In this document: positions 7,893 through 18,217 of the stretch, in pieces
How the letters are laid out: the number at the start of each line of letters is the position of its first letter
Numbering within the stretch: position 1 is the stretch's first letter
Assembly: GCA_963796455.1 (NCBI GenBank)
Contig: CAWCLO010000010.1
Coordinates: forward strand, 352,001 to 416,000
DNA: 64,000 nucleotides
From: Candidatus Sulfomarinibacteraceae bacterium
Lineage (GTDB): Bacteria > Acidobacteriota > Thermoanaerobaculia > Thermoanaerobaculales > Sulfomarinibacteraceae
Direction: 5' to 3'
Program-made: the position numbers and the translations under genes
Notes under the pieces: model-generated
The model's input: only the letters and a program-made list of their open reading frames with translations
Databases searched by the model: none
Told to the model about the DNA's origin: nothing

Positions 7893-9196
7893 TCACGCCT
7901 CGGTCGGGCCGGAACCGCTCAGGGTGCGTGCCGCACGCATACCGTCGAGGACCGCGTCCTCCATGGCCGAGTACTTCCACTCCGCCCAACGCCCGGCCAG
8001 GACGACGTCGTGACGCCTGAGCCATGATCGCAGCAGCGCCACCGCTTTTCGCCGCGGGTGATCGAATACCACATAGGCGGGATCGAGGACGGTGATTCGC
8101 CGCACCCGCACAGACTCGCCTGCACCAGTCCGATCTCTTGCAGAGCACTCTCGGCAGCTTCGGCCAAGGCTTCGACCTCGCCTCCCCCGGGATCGAGACT
8201 GAGCTCGACCGAGACCGTATGGTGGCCGTCGGGCGCCAGCTTGCCGTGATTCGAAGGAAAACCGACCCGATAAAACGGCAGCCTGGGATCCGGAAAATAG
8301 AGCCAGTGCTCCGGGCTGGGTGCGTCACCCTCGACTCCCAGGGCCAGATTGAGCACCCGAACCCACCGCAAAACGTCACGCGCCTGTCGCACATCATCTG
8401 GAAGCTCGTCGGCCAGGCTGTCGAGGAATGCCGGCAGCGAGGTGGTGGCCAGCAGCCGGCTCCAGCTCCGGCGACCACCATTTGCCAGCTCGAGCCACTT
8501 TTCCTCGAGATGAACACGCACCACCGAGGATCCAAGCTCGAGCCCGGGGACCCGGGCGGCCACCGCGTCCGGCAACAGTCGGATGCCGCCACGCTCGGGA
8601 TAACGAAAGGTCGCGTTATAACCGACCTCGGCGTCGTGCAACCCGAGGGCACCGTCGATGACCTCTTCGATCTTTGGTTTGGGGACATAGCGGCCAACCC
8701 AGTCAAGGCTCAGCTCTTCCGGTTCGGCTCGATACAGCTTGGAGTTATAGGGAAAGAAGAAGTGTCGCGCAAATCCTTCACCGAATCGTTCGAGCACCCA
8801 GTCGCGAAAATCTCTCGGATCCTCCTCCATCGGAGCCGCCCAGGCCTTCACAAAGCCGAGCAGACAGTCACGCCGAACTTCGGGAGACAGACCGTGGGTG
8901 TTGATCTGGACCGGGTACGGCGTTGTGTGGCCGTCGATCACGATCGCAGCCCGCCGCCGATGAACCGCCAATTTTTGCCAGGCACCGAGTTCCTGCAGAT
9001 AGGCCTCGGTCTCGGGTCGCGCCACGTGCAAGAGATGGCCCGTATAGTCGAAGGTGAAGCCTTCGGCGCTGACGCTTCGGCAGGCGCCACCCGCTTCCAT
9101 TTCGCGTTCGAAAACAGGCACCGAAATCCCGGCGCGCTCCAGTTGTTCGCCTGCCACCAACCCCGTCAATCCTCCACCGACAATGACAATCGACAT
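7893..9196 (-). CDS. FAD-dependent oxidoreductase (protoporphyrinogen oxidase / UDP-galactopyranose mutase-like); one frameshift near 8112
   Basis: 'IVIVGGGLTG...ERE..AGG', 'FTFDYTGHLLH'. C-terminus 'AGRWAEWKYSAMEDAV' lies in another frame (ORF 7893..8111). Confidence 0.8.
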
Positions 9197-10197
9197 CAGG
9201 CCTCCATTGGAACGGTCGCAAGCCATCCCAGCAGAGCGATCACCACCGCCGCCACGACCCCGGTGAGAATCATCGTCGACAGCGGGTCGAGATAAAGCAC
9301 CACCAGTCCGAGGGAGCCAAAGACAACAGCAACCGCATAGCTGACCACGACGGTTCCGGCGGTCCAACCATCGAGCCGGCGCCTGACCCGCAAGGGAAAA
9401 TGATCGGGGCTGCCGTAGTAGACCTTGCGGCCCGCCCGAATCCTGAGAACGATGACGTAGAGCGTATCGATGATCGGCACCGCGAGAATATAAAGCGGAG
9501 CCAACCACCCGAGCGGATTGTGGGTGGTGTAGTCCATCACCATCGCCAGGGCGCCGAGAGTCAGCCCGATAAAGAGGCTGCCGCAGTCGCCGAGATAGAT
9601 CTTGGCCGGATAAAAATTTGAACGCAAAAAGCCGAGCAGCGCTCCGATCAGAGCGACCGTGAACGCAGCCACCATAAAACGACCGTTGAGCAATGCGACC
9701 ACCAGGAGAAAGGTCGCAGCAATGACGCCGAGGCCGCTGGCGAGCCCATCCATGATATCGACCAGGTTGAAAGCATTCGAGAGACCGACCAACCACACGA
9801 TGGTGACCGCCAGGCGCAGCCACCAGGGCATGAAGGCGATCTGGACCATGATCCCCGCCTTGAGGAGCACGAAGACCGCAACAACCTGCCCGATCGCTTT
9901 GGGCTTTGGCGTCAAGGCGCCAAAGTCATCCACCAGGCCCACCGTGGTGACGATGGTGGAGGCGAGCAACAAAGCCAGGAGATCGGCATCGAACTCGAAA
10001 GTCATCCCGATCGACAACAGGAAGGCGGAAAAGACCGCCAGGCCCCCGAGGTAGGCAACCGGCTCGCGGTGGTTCTTGAGGTTGCCATCCGGTCGGTCGA
10101 CAACGCCAAAACGAAGCGCAGCATCGCGAGCCATCGGCGTACCCACGATGGCCAGAAAATAGGCAAGGAAGAAACCGAGAATGAGTCGAATCGTCAT
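9196..10197 (-). CDS. Polyprenyl-phosphate sugar-1-phosphate transferase (WecA/MraY family)
   Basis: Polytopic; 'GLVDD', 'NAFNLVDIMDGL', 'IYLGDCGS'. Confidence 0.92.
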   Translation of the reverse strand: MTIRLILGFFLAYFLAIVGTPMARDAALRFGVVDRPDGNLKNHREPVAYLGGLAVFSAFLLSIGMTFEFDADLLALLLASTIVTTVGLVDDFGALTPKPKAIGQVVAVFVLLKAGIMVQIAFMPWWLRLAVTIVWLVGLSNAFNLVDIMDGLASGLGVIAATFLLVVALLNGRFMVAAFTVALIGALLGFLRSNFYPAKIYLGDCGSLFIGLTLGALAMVMDYTTHNPLGWLAPLYILAVPIIDTLYVIVLRIRAGRKVYYGSPDHFPLRVRRRLDGWTAGTVVVSYAVAVVFGSLGLVVLYLDPLSTMILTGVVAAVVIALLGWLATVPMEA

Positions 10198-11153
10198 AGC
10201 AGCTCGTGCAACCTCCGACGGCTATATCGGCGCCGTTGTTTCCATTCACGCACCACCATCGGCCAGCGCCGACGCAGATGCCCGATCAGGGCCGGTCGTT
10301 GCAGCCCTCCAAGAGCGACCAGCGCCGAATCCCAACCCAAGAGTAGGGGGAGCCGCGGTGCCAGATCAAGGGTGTGGAGGTGCCGCAGCAAAGTCATCCA
10401 GCGATTGCTGAGGATACACGCTTCCAATTCGGGCGGCCGCCGCCAGCGCAACGGCCCCGAACCTTCGATTGCTCCGGCACCACGCCCGTGGGTGGCAACT
10501 GCGTCAGGAAAAGCATGGATTTCCCAGCCACGATTGACCAGCCGCCAGCCGATCTCGAGGTCCTCCCAGAAACAGAAAAAGTGCTGCGCCCAGGGCCCGT
10601 GATCATCCGCGACCTCTTCGAGGGCGGTTTGGCGGAAAACCGCAAGTGCGCCGCAGGGGGCAAGGACTCGTTGTCCGGTCATCAATTCCGGCGACAGCTC
10701 CGCACCATATCCGCGGTCTTTGACCTCGAGCGTCAGCCCATTGAGGACCTGGCCGACGCTATCGACCGTCAGACCATCGGATCGCATGAGTCTCGGTGCG
10801 AGCCCGGCGAGCCGCTCGTCCGATCGAATCTCCCCGGCACATTTCGAGAGACCGGTGGGCGACACCTCCACATCCGGATTGAGAAATGCCAGTACGTCGT
10901 GGCGATCTCCAAGTTCCCGAAAGCCTCGATTGCACCCTCCGGCAAAACCGGTGTTGATCTCTTCTGCAACCAACTTGATCCGCGGGTCCTTGAGTCCGAG
11001 CACCACATCTCTTGATCCGTCGCTGGAGGCGTTGTCAACCACCACCACGGAGTCGATGTCGTCGGCTCCGGTCAGTGCGCCGAGACACGCGCCGAGATCG
11101 TCGGCTGAGTTGTGGCTGACCACAACAACCCCAATACCGGCTGCTCCGCTCAT
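10194..11153 (-). CDS. Glycosyltransferase family 2
   Basis: 'VVVDNASSDGS', 'NTGFAGGCN', 'FLNPD', 'FCFWEDLE'. Confidence 0.9.
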   Translation of the reverse strand: MSGAAGIGVVVVSHNSADDLGACLGALTGADDIDSVVVVDNASSDGSRDVVLGLKDPRIKLVAEEINTGFAGGCNRGFRELGDRHDVLAFLNPDVEVSPTGLSKCAGEIRSDERLAGLAPRLMRSDGLTVDSVGQVLNGLTLEVKDRGYGAELSPELMTGQRVLAPCGALAVFRQTALEEVADDHGPWAQHFFCFWEDLEIGWRLVNRGWEIHAFPDAVATHGRGAGAIEGSGPLRWRRPPELEACILSNRWMTLLRHLHTLDLAPRLPLLLGWDSALVALGGLQRPALIGHLRRRWPMVVREWKQRRRYSRRRLHELL

Positions 11154-11304
11154 GCTATTCGCGGCGCGCTCGCGGTGCGCGGAGTCTCGACTCGGAGAGA
11201 AGGTGGCTGCGATCGGACATCTATTGATTATACGGCCAGCATCCGGGCGCCTGGCACGAACCGGGCGGAAGCACCATTCGAGCAATACTGCGACAATGGT
11301 ATTG

Positions 11305-13035
11305 ATGAACGACGGCGCCCGAAGAATTTCATCCTTTGTCGGCACACGACCCTGGCTTCAGATCGGTCTTCTCCTGATGCTGATCGCTCTCGTGTTGTCG
11401 CCGATTCTGAAAGCCGAGTTCCTGTGGGACGATTTTGTCCAGATCGTGGAATCGCAGACGATCGATGACCTCTCGTTGATCCCCTTTTATTTCACCCACA
11501 ACGTCGTGGAATCGGCGGGCCGCGCCGGGGTCAACGCACCGGGGGTCGATCTCTACCGCCCCTTCTTCATGGTTGCTCTGGCCCTCATCCACACGATCAA
11601 CGGTCCCGATCCGTTCTGGTTTCACCTCGCCCTCGTGGCGGTGCATCTCGGGGTCTGCCTGTTGCTCTGGATCATCGCCTCGAGGTGGTTGCCTTCACGC
11701 TGGGCGGCCGCTGCCGCGGTGCTTTTCTTTGCCTGTCATCCGGTGACTGCCGAGGCCTATCTCTGGCCCTCGGCAATCTCTGAACCGATGGCCGCCGCCG
11801 GTTTTCTGGCTGCGATCGCGGTGCTCGATCGCCATTGCCGGGGCAGACAAAAATCGACAGCCAACATATCGGCATCGATTTTCGCGGCTGCCCTGTTCTT
11901 CTTCGGAATCATGTCGAAGGAGGCGGTGTTGATGGCGCTGCCTGCCGCTACGGCTTATCTGATGATCATCCGGAGGGTCCCCCTGAGGGCGGTCGCGCCC
12001 ACCTGGTTCGCAGGGTTCGTATTTCTTGCCATGAGGTATTCGGCTCTCGGCGGTCTTCAGGCCACCGGACAGGATGTGGCGCAACGGTTGACAGCGCTCA
12101 AAATCTATCCGGTGCTGTTCCTGGACGCGTTTCGTGCGATGTTGACCATGCAGCCGATCGGGGTCCGACACCTGTCTTGGGAGTACGCAAATATCAGTTG
12201 GAGCCAAAGTGCCTTGGCCCTGCTTGGTTGCGGAGCAGTCCTCGCCGGCGCCGTCGCTCTGATTCGCATCGCACCCCTCACGCTGACCGCCGTTGTGACC
12301 ACCAGCATGATGATCGCTCCAATTGCCTTGGTGGCTTCGGTCCCAGGATGGGGCGGCTTCGGACGGTATCTCTACGTTCCGCTCGCAATGAGTGTTCTCG
12401 CTCTTGCCGAACTCGGTATCGTCATTCACGCATGGTTGATCGACCGTCAACCTCGTCTCGGGTGGGCGGTCCCGGCAGTGGTCGTAGCAGCGCTTGTGGT
12501 CGGCCAGATCGGTCTGCGCCACGCCTTGTGGGTCTACTCCAACCAGGAAAACCTCGCCCGTGCCGCGATCGAGATTTATCCCGATGGGCCCGATGCCTGG
12601 GAGTGGCTCGGCAACGTCTACATGGAACGCGGCGATCTGCGGCAGGCGCTGGAATATTATCGCGGCGCCACCGAACGCGGGCCCGATCTCTTCCGACCTC
12701 GCCACAATCTGGCGGCAGCCTCACTCTACACCGGAGATCCCCAGGGAGCACTCGACGAGCTCGCTCTCCTCGAGTCACGCCATCCCCCGACCGCCATGGG
12801 GAGCCGGATCAAGGTCACCGCCCTGATCGAGCTCGGGAGGTGGGACGAGGCTGCGGCAAAATTGATCGAAGGATTCGATAACGATCCCGAATCCCCCGAT
12901 CTCGCCGCCGTCGCCAAACGACTGCTCGACGACCACCCCGAACCGGCGCGGTTGCAGGATTGGCTGGAAATCGAACTCGCAAAACCCGAGCACGCCGGCG
13001 CTGCCCGTTCGATCAGAGCCCTCCGTCAGCTCTGA
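11305..13035 (+). CDS. GT-C-fold membrane glycosyltransferase with C-terminal TPRs (TMTC-like)
   Basis: 'FLWDD' after the first TM, 'YRP', 'HPVTAEAYLW', 'SKE', 'RYLYVP', then TPR helices. Confidence 0.75.
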   Translation: MNDGARRISSFVGTRPWLQIGLLLMLIALVLSPILKAEFLWDDFVQIVESQTIDDLSLIPFYFTHNVVESAGRAGVNAPGVDLYRPFFMVALALIHTINGPDPFWFHLALVAVHLGVCLLLWIIASRWLPSRWAAAAAVLFFACHPVTAEAYLWPSAISEPMAAAGFLAAIAVLDRHCRGRQKSTANISASIFAAALFFFGIMSKEAVLMALPAATAYLMIIRRVPLRAVAPTWFAGFVFLAMRYSALGGLQATGQDVAQRLTALKIYPVLFLDAFRAMLTMQPIGVRHLSWEYANISWSQSALALLGCGAVLAGAVALIRIAPLTLTAVVTTSMMIAPIALVASVPGWGGFGRYLYVPLAMSVLALAELGIVIHAWLIDRQPRLGWAVPAVVVAALVVGQIGLRHALWVYSNQENLARAAIEIYPDGPDAWEWLGNVYMERGDLRQALEYYRGATERGPDLFRPRHNLAAASLYTGDPQGALDELALLESRHPPTAMGSRIKVTALIELGRWDEAAAKLIEGFDNDPESPDLAAVAKRLLDDHPEPARLQDWLEIELAKPEHAGAARSIRALRQL

Positions 13036-14192
13036 ATCGAAGCAACCCTTTCGAAGATTGTCTCCATTTTGCCGACATGATCCGCAACCGAGAATCGGTT
13101 CAGTGCGCGCCTGCTACCGGCCGCGCCAAAAGCCTCCAGCAACTCGCGATCATCGGCCAATCGGATGATTCCATCGGCCAGGCCTTCGGTATCGCCGGTG
13201 TTGACGATGAACCCATTCTCACCATTGATCAGCATTTCCGGAACCCCGCCGCCGTCGTAGGCCACCACCGGCTTGGCCGCCGCCATCGCTTCCATGATCA
13301 CCCGCGGCAGCGGATCGGGCCACAAAGTGGTGAGAGCCACGAGGTCAACCGCCGAAAGCAGCGACCAGATATCCGGCTGGGGCGGTACCCGATGGACCCT
13401 CCCTGCGGCCGGACTGCGGCCAATCTCCAGATCGAGCCTCGATAAAAAATCCGGCGGGCCGTGACCGGCTATCAGGAAATGCATATCGGGTAAACGGCGG
13501 CCGGCAATCGCCGCCGCACGGACGAAATCAAGGGCACCCTTGTGCTCGACGACCTGGCTGAAGATCCCGACCACGCAGGCTTCCGGCGGCAGCCCCAGGG
13601 CCATTCGTGCCGCATTTCGATCGGGCAGCGTTGCCGGGGGTGAGACACCGTTGTGCACCACCTCCACGAGGTCACTCAGTCCTTCCTCCCGCACCCAATC
13701 CGCAACAGCCTCACTCACCGCGACGATGCGGGTCGCATCGCGCCGCAGTCGATCGGCAAACCAGCGCCGACGAGGACCAGGAGGCAGGATCTCCCGCAGG
13801 TGCCAGACCACCGGCAGCCCGCATGCCCTGGCCGCACCGGCACCCCGAAGATGGGGCAGACAATTGACATGGACCAGATCCGGCCGCTCCCGGACGAGCC
13901 ATTTGCGCAGATCGCCGGATCCCGGATCCGGAAGGACATAGCGCACGGATCGGGCCGCCTGTCGCCATAGGGGTTGGTGTCCGTATTGGACCAACCAGCA
14001 CATGCGCACCGGAATGGAATCGACGCTGACTCCGGCGGCGGTGAGATCCTCGGCAAGCGCCCATTCTCCGGGCGCGGTCACAGCCACCGAGTGCCCTCGC
14101 CCGTGCAGACCACGGGCCAACAACGCAAGGCTGTGTTCGGCACCGGTCGGTGCGACAGGCGATGCTTCGTGGGAAAGCAGCGCGATCTTCAA
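13026..14192 (-). CDS. Glycosyltransferase family 4
   Basis: 'GAEHS', 'VWHLRE', 'PLPRVIMEAMAAAKPVV'. Confidence 0.9.
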   Translation of the reverse strand: MKIALLSHEASPVAPTGAEHSLALLARGLHGRGHSVAVTAPGEWALAEDLTAAGVSVDSIPVRMCWLVQYGHQPLWRQAARSVRYVLPDPGSGDLRKWLVRERPDLVHVNCLPHLRGAGAARACGLPVVWHLREILPPGPRRRWFADRLRRDATRIVAVSEAVADWVREEGLSDLVEVVHNGVSPPATLPDRNAARMALGLPPEACVVGIFSQVVEHKGALDFVRAAAIAGRRLPDMHFLIAGHGPPDFLSRLDLEIGRSPAAGRVHRVPPQPDIWSLLSAVDLVALTTLWPDPLPRVIMEAMAAAKPVVAYDGGGVPEMLINGENGFIVNTGDTEGLADGIIRLADDRELLEAFGAAGSRRALNRFSVADHVGKMETIFERVASIQS

Positions 14193-16048
14193 CGCACTTC
14201 GCCCGTTTCAAGCCACCGGGACAGCACGACCAGCGCCCACAACTGCTTACCGTGGTCATGCCGACCCTCGAGATGCTGCTCGACCATCTCAGCGACAACC
14301 TCCGGTCGCAAAACACCGGCACGTTGGAGTTTTTCCGGTGCCAGCAAATCCGACATCGCCGGCCGCAGCGCACCACGCAACCAGGCGCCGATCGGCACTT
14401 CGAAGCCCCGTTTGCGTCGATGAGTGGCCTCTTGCGGAAGCAGACCCTCGGACGACGCGCGAAGCAGCATCTTGTCCTTGAACAGGCTCTGCTTGAGCCC
14501 TCCAGAGAGCCCGAGCATCAGATCCACAACCCCGTTGTCGAGGTATGGCACCCGGACCTCGAGCGAGTGCGCCATCGACATCCGATCAACTTTCGGCAGC
14601 AGATCGCCGGGCAGAAAAACTTCTCGATCCGTCATCAACCTGCCGTTGACGGGATCGGAGTCTGCCAACTGAAGCCACCGTTCGGCGAGCTCGGAATAGC
14701 TCCGCCACATCTCCTCGTCCCGACCCGTTGGCATGGCCACCCGATCGATTTGTTCGGCGGAAAAGAGCCGGCCCCAGTCGAGCTGGCGCTTCAGACCAGG
14801 TTGCATCCGGAGTCGCTTCTGGAGACGGGTGGAAGGCGCGCGACCCGCCATCCTCATCACCAAGGGGAGCACACGCCTCCCGAGCCCGCCCATCCGATCG
14901 AGGGCGACGTCGTAGCGCTGGCGTGCGTAACCACCAAAGATCTCATCCGCCCCCTCACCGGAGAGCGCGACGGTGGCCTCCTCCCGTGCCAGGCGGCACA
15001 TGTACCAGGTTGGTATGGCCGTGGGATCAGCCAACGGCGCGTCAAGCCCGTCGACGATGGCCCCGAGATCACGGGCGACGTCCTCGGCGCACATCATGTG
15101 CTCGTGATGATCACTGCCGAGATACTCGGCGACCTCGCGGGCATAGGGAAGTTCATTGACCGCGTCGGGTCCTTCGAAGCCGATTGAAAAGGTCCGCAGA
15201 GGGCCCGTCACGGCCTTGTGTGCGAGCGCGCACAGAGTGCTCGAGTCGAGCCCCCCGGAGAGAAATACACCCACCGGAACATCCGCCACCAGTTGGTCCT
15301 CCACCGATCGCTGCAATGCAGCGCGAAGGGCCTCGGTCACATTCTCTCCGGACAAGGCGGTTGCATCGGGTTTGGGGGGAACCCAGTATTGATCGAGCCG
15401 CTCGACGCCACCGCTCTCCACCGCGAGCATCGTTGCCGGAGGCAGCGATCTGACACCAATCAGGGGGGCGGCCTCGGGCGCCAGAAACCCGAAGCTGAGG
15501 TAGTGGTGAAGTTGCACGGGGTCGAGTTCCACCGATGATGGGAAAGCTCCCGCTCGCAACGCTCTGATTTCCGAAGCGAATGCGAGTTCGCCCCGATCAC
15601 GGCACAGGTAGAGCGGTTTGATTCCAAAACGATCGCGCGCCAGATACAAGGTGGCGCACTGAGCATCCCACATCGCCAGCGCAAACATCCCATTGAGTCG
15701 CGCGACGCAGCGCGGGCCTTCCTCAGACCACAATCGCAGCACCACCTCCACATCTCCCGTGGTGCGAAAACGATGCCCTTTGGCCTGCAGCTCCTTGCGC
15801 AACTGTCGGAAATTGTAGATTTCTCCGTTGAGTACGATGGCGAGCTTTCGCTCGTGATCGACGATCGGTTGTTGCCCGGTTTCGAGATCGATCACCGCCA
15901 GACGCCGAAAACCCAGCGTCACCTTGTCGTCGTCGAAGTAGCCGTCGTCGTCCGGGCCGCGATGGATCAGGGCGCCGGTCATCTCCTCCACCCGTGATCT
16001 GCGCCGCGGGACATCGGGCCCACCGAGAATTCCGGCTATGCCGCACAT
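14189..16048 (-). CDS. asnB: Asparagine synthase (glutamine-hydrolysing) family amidotransferase
   Basis: N-terminal MCGIAG, 'HRGPD', 'NGEIYN', 'LSGGLDSS', 'SGEGADE'. Probably glycan amidation given context. Confidence 0.95.
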   Translation of the reverse strand: MCGIAGILGGPDVPRRRSRVEEMTGALIHRGPDDDGYFDDDKVTLGFRRLAVIDLETGQQPIVDHERKLAIVLNGEIYNFRQLRKELQAKGHRFRTTGDVEVVLRLWSEEGPRCVARLNGMFALAMWDAQCATLYLARDRFGIKPLYLCRDRGELAFASEIRALRAGAFPSSVELDPVQLHHYLSFGFLAPEAAPLIGVRSLPPATMLAVESGGVERLDQYWVPPKPDATALSGENVTEALRAALQRSVEDQLVADVPVGVFLSGGLDSSTLCALAHKAVTGPLRTFSIGFEGPDAVNELPYAREVAEYLGSDHHEHMMCAEDVARDLGAIVDGLDAPLADPTAIPTWYMCRLAREEATVALSGEGADEIFGGYARQRYDVALDRMGGLGRRVLPLVMRMAGRAPSTRLQKRLRMQPGLKRQLDWGRLFSAEQIDRVAMPTGRDEEMWRSYSELAERWLQLADSDPVNGRLMTDREVFLPGDLLPKVDRMSMAHSLEVRVPYLDNGVVDLMLGLSGGLKQSLFKDKMLLRASSEGLLPQEATHRRKRGFEVPIGAWLRGALRPAMSDLLAPEKLQRAGVLRPEVVAEMVEQHLEGRHDHGKQLWALVVLSRWLETGEVR

Positions 16049-16055
16049 TGATCGA

Positions 16056-17177
16056 TTATCGCAATCCGCCGGAACGTTGCTCCGGCTCCCGCCGCCACTT
16101 TTCGACATTCTCGAGCAAATCCACAAGGCGCGGAGTGAGGACTTCGAGTGAATATTTATCGAGCGCTGTCTGCCGGCCTGCCGCGGCAAAACGAAGGCGA
16201 AGCTCTTTGCTGCCCAACAGTTGATCGAGACAATCGAACCACTGCTCGGGGGTCGATGCGAGCCAGCCGTTGACACCGTCGTCGACGACCTCGCTGTTCA
16301 TTCCGACCGGCGAGGCCACCGATGGTATTCCGAGGGCCATGTATTGCAGCAACTTGAATGAACACTTGGCGCGGGTCCACGGCGTGTCGTCGAGCGGCAT
16401 CACCCCCACCGACATACCGTTGAAACAGGCGACTTCGGTCGCCAAGGTCCAGGGACGAAAGTCCACCTCCACCCCGTCGATTTTCGGTGGCCGGTCGGCA
16501 ACCACCAGGAGCCGAAGACCGGGGTGGCGGTGCGCGAGTTCGGCAAAAGGCTCCGCTAGCGATTCAAGGTACGGAAGATTGTCCGAATATCCAACCCAAC
16601 CGATCACCGGACCGGTCGCCGGCTCGATGGCCGACGGTGAGAACCGCCGGCAGTCGATGGCGGTCGGGAGGATTTTCGTTCGTTCGTGAGGGACCTGCCG
16701 AGCGATCTCGGCGTTGCCGCAGATCACGAGATCCGCCGCCGCCGCGGTCGCGTCGAAGTTGCGCCGATAGGATCTGCGCTTCGCCGCGCTCTCAGCTGCC
16801 GACGGCGGCGGGAGATAGAGCGCATCGTCGAGATCGAATACCACCGGAAGCTCGAAAGACCGGAGTCGGCGCGCAAATGGGGGAGGATAGGTCCGACGAT
16901 GGATCAACAGGAGATCGGCATCCGGGGCCGCGATCGTATCCCTCACAAGCTCGGCGAGCCGCGAAGGCCATCGAAACCCGGCATCACCGACCGCAGTTTG
17001 CATCTGCAGATCCACATCGAAACCTGAAGCCCGCAGCGCCTCGAGGTGCGCCAGAACTCGAAAGCGGGTGCTCGCCACCTGCTCATCGCCCACCACCCTG
17101 ACCTGAATCCGCCGATGGTTCGAGCTGCCGCCCTGCTCCCCCGGCGAAGTCCCATGGTCAGTTGCCGTGGCTGTCAC
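16056..17177 (-). CDS. Glycosyltransferase family 4
   Basis: 'ASTRFR', 'VFDLDDA', 'KCSFKLLQYMALGIPSVASPVG'. Confidence 0.88.
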   Translation of the reverse strand: MTATATDHGTSPGEQGGSSNHRRIQVRVVGDEQVASTRFRVLAHLEALRASGFDVDLQMQTAVGDAGFRWPSRLAELVRDTIAAPDADLLLIHRRTYPPPFARRLRSFELPVVFDLDDALYLPPPSAAESAAKRRSYRRNFDATAAAADLVICGNAEIARQVPHERTKILPTAIDCRRFSPSAIEPATGPVIGWVGYSDNLPYLESLAEPFAELAHRHPGLRLLVVADRPPKIDGVEVDFRPWTLATEVACFNGMSVGVMPLDDTPWTRAKCSFKLLQYMALGIPSVASPVGMNSEVVDDGVNGWLASTPEQWFDCLDQLLGSKELRLRFAAAGRQTALDKYSLEVLTPRLVDLLENVEKWRREPEQRSGGLR

Positions 17178-17337
17178 AAATCCTTCTTCGGCCGCGATAG
17201 CACCCCCCGTATGGTCCCCGTGCCATTGTATAGGCTGAGGATGAGTGGTGAGAAAGCGATGATAGAATCAAGCTGGTGAATCTCAGTCGATCTCTTTTGT
17301 TTCGAGTGGTTAGAGCAAGTTCAGGCGATCCCGGCTG

Positions 17338-18216
17338 ATGCTCGACCTCACCATCATCATCCCGAATTGGAACGGTGACGAGGTCATTGTCGAATGCCTC
17401 GAATCGATTCTCGCCGAAACCCGGGGGGTTTCATTCGAGCTCATCGTCGTCGACAACGGTTCGACCGACTCGAGCCCGCAGCGAATCCAGGAAATCGCCG
17501 ACAGGGACCCCCGGATTCGGGCTCGATTCAACGAGGAGAATCTGCTCTTTGCCAAGGCCTGCAACCAGGGATATGAAGTCAGCAGCGGCAGATACGTTCT
17601 GATCGCCAACAACGACATTCTTTTGCGCGACGACGCGATCACCTCCCTGGTCCAATATGCCGATGCGCACCCCGAGGTCGGCGCTGTCTCACCGCGGTTC
17701 TTCGACCGGGACGGCCGACCCCAGGAGTTCGTCCGACGCCTGCCGAATGCGCTGCACGTGATCGGACACTACCACCCACTCGGTCGTGCGGTGGATCGCG
17801 TGCTCCTGCGCCGCAGTCTGCACAACTCCTATTTCTATCGCGATCGAAGCTTCGAGGCCGTCGAAGAAATCGACCAGGCAGGAGCTTCATTCAGCCTCTT
17901 CCGACGCGAAGTGATCGACCGGGCCGGTGGCCTCTTCGACGAAAGATTTCCGTTGTTGTTCAACGATGTCGATCTCTACCGACGGATCAAAGAATCAGGT
18001 TTTGTCAGCCATGTCGTACCGGACATTCACGTCGTGCACCTCGAGGGAGTTTCCTCGCGCAAGTTCGACGCCGATGAGTATCAACGCCTCCAGTTCAGCG
18101 GTATGTTCGAGTACTTCAGAAAGCACCACCCTCTGCAGTACCCGCTGCTGATACTCGCCTGGCCGGGGCGGTGGTTCGGCGTAGGCCAACCGGACGACGC
18201 CGTGGCAACATGGTGA
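17338..18216 (+). CDS. Glycosyltransferase family 2
   Basis: 'IIIPNWN', 'VVDNGSTD', 'ANND', 'FNDVDL'. Confidence 0.92.
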   Translation: MLDLTIIIPNWNGDEVIVECLESILAETRGVSFELIVVDNGSTDSSPQRIQEIADRDPRIRARFNEENLLFAKACNQGYEVSSGRYVLIANNDILLRDDAITSLVQYADAHPEVGAVSPRFFDRDGRPQEFVRRLPNALHVIGHYHPLGRAVDRVLLRRSLHNSYFYRDRSFEAVEEIDQAGASFSLFRREVIDRAGGLFDERFPLLFNDVDLYRRIKESGFVSHVVPDIHVVHLEGVSSRKFDADEYQRLQFSGMFEYFRKHHPLQYPLLILAWPGRWFGVGQPDDAVATW

Positions 18217-18217
18217 G

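Noticed and set aside
8105..8120. Programmed frameshifting in the oxidoreductase (and in fcl at ~38255)
   Set aside because: No slippery heptamer or long homopolymer; single-base errors are more parsimonious given the other indels.
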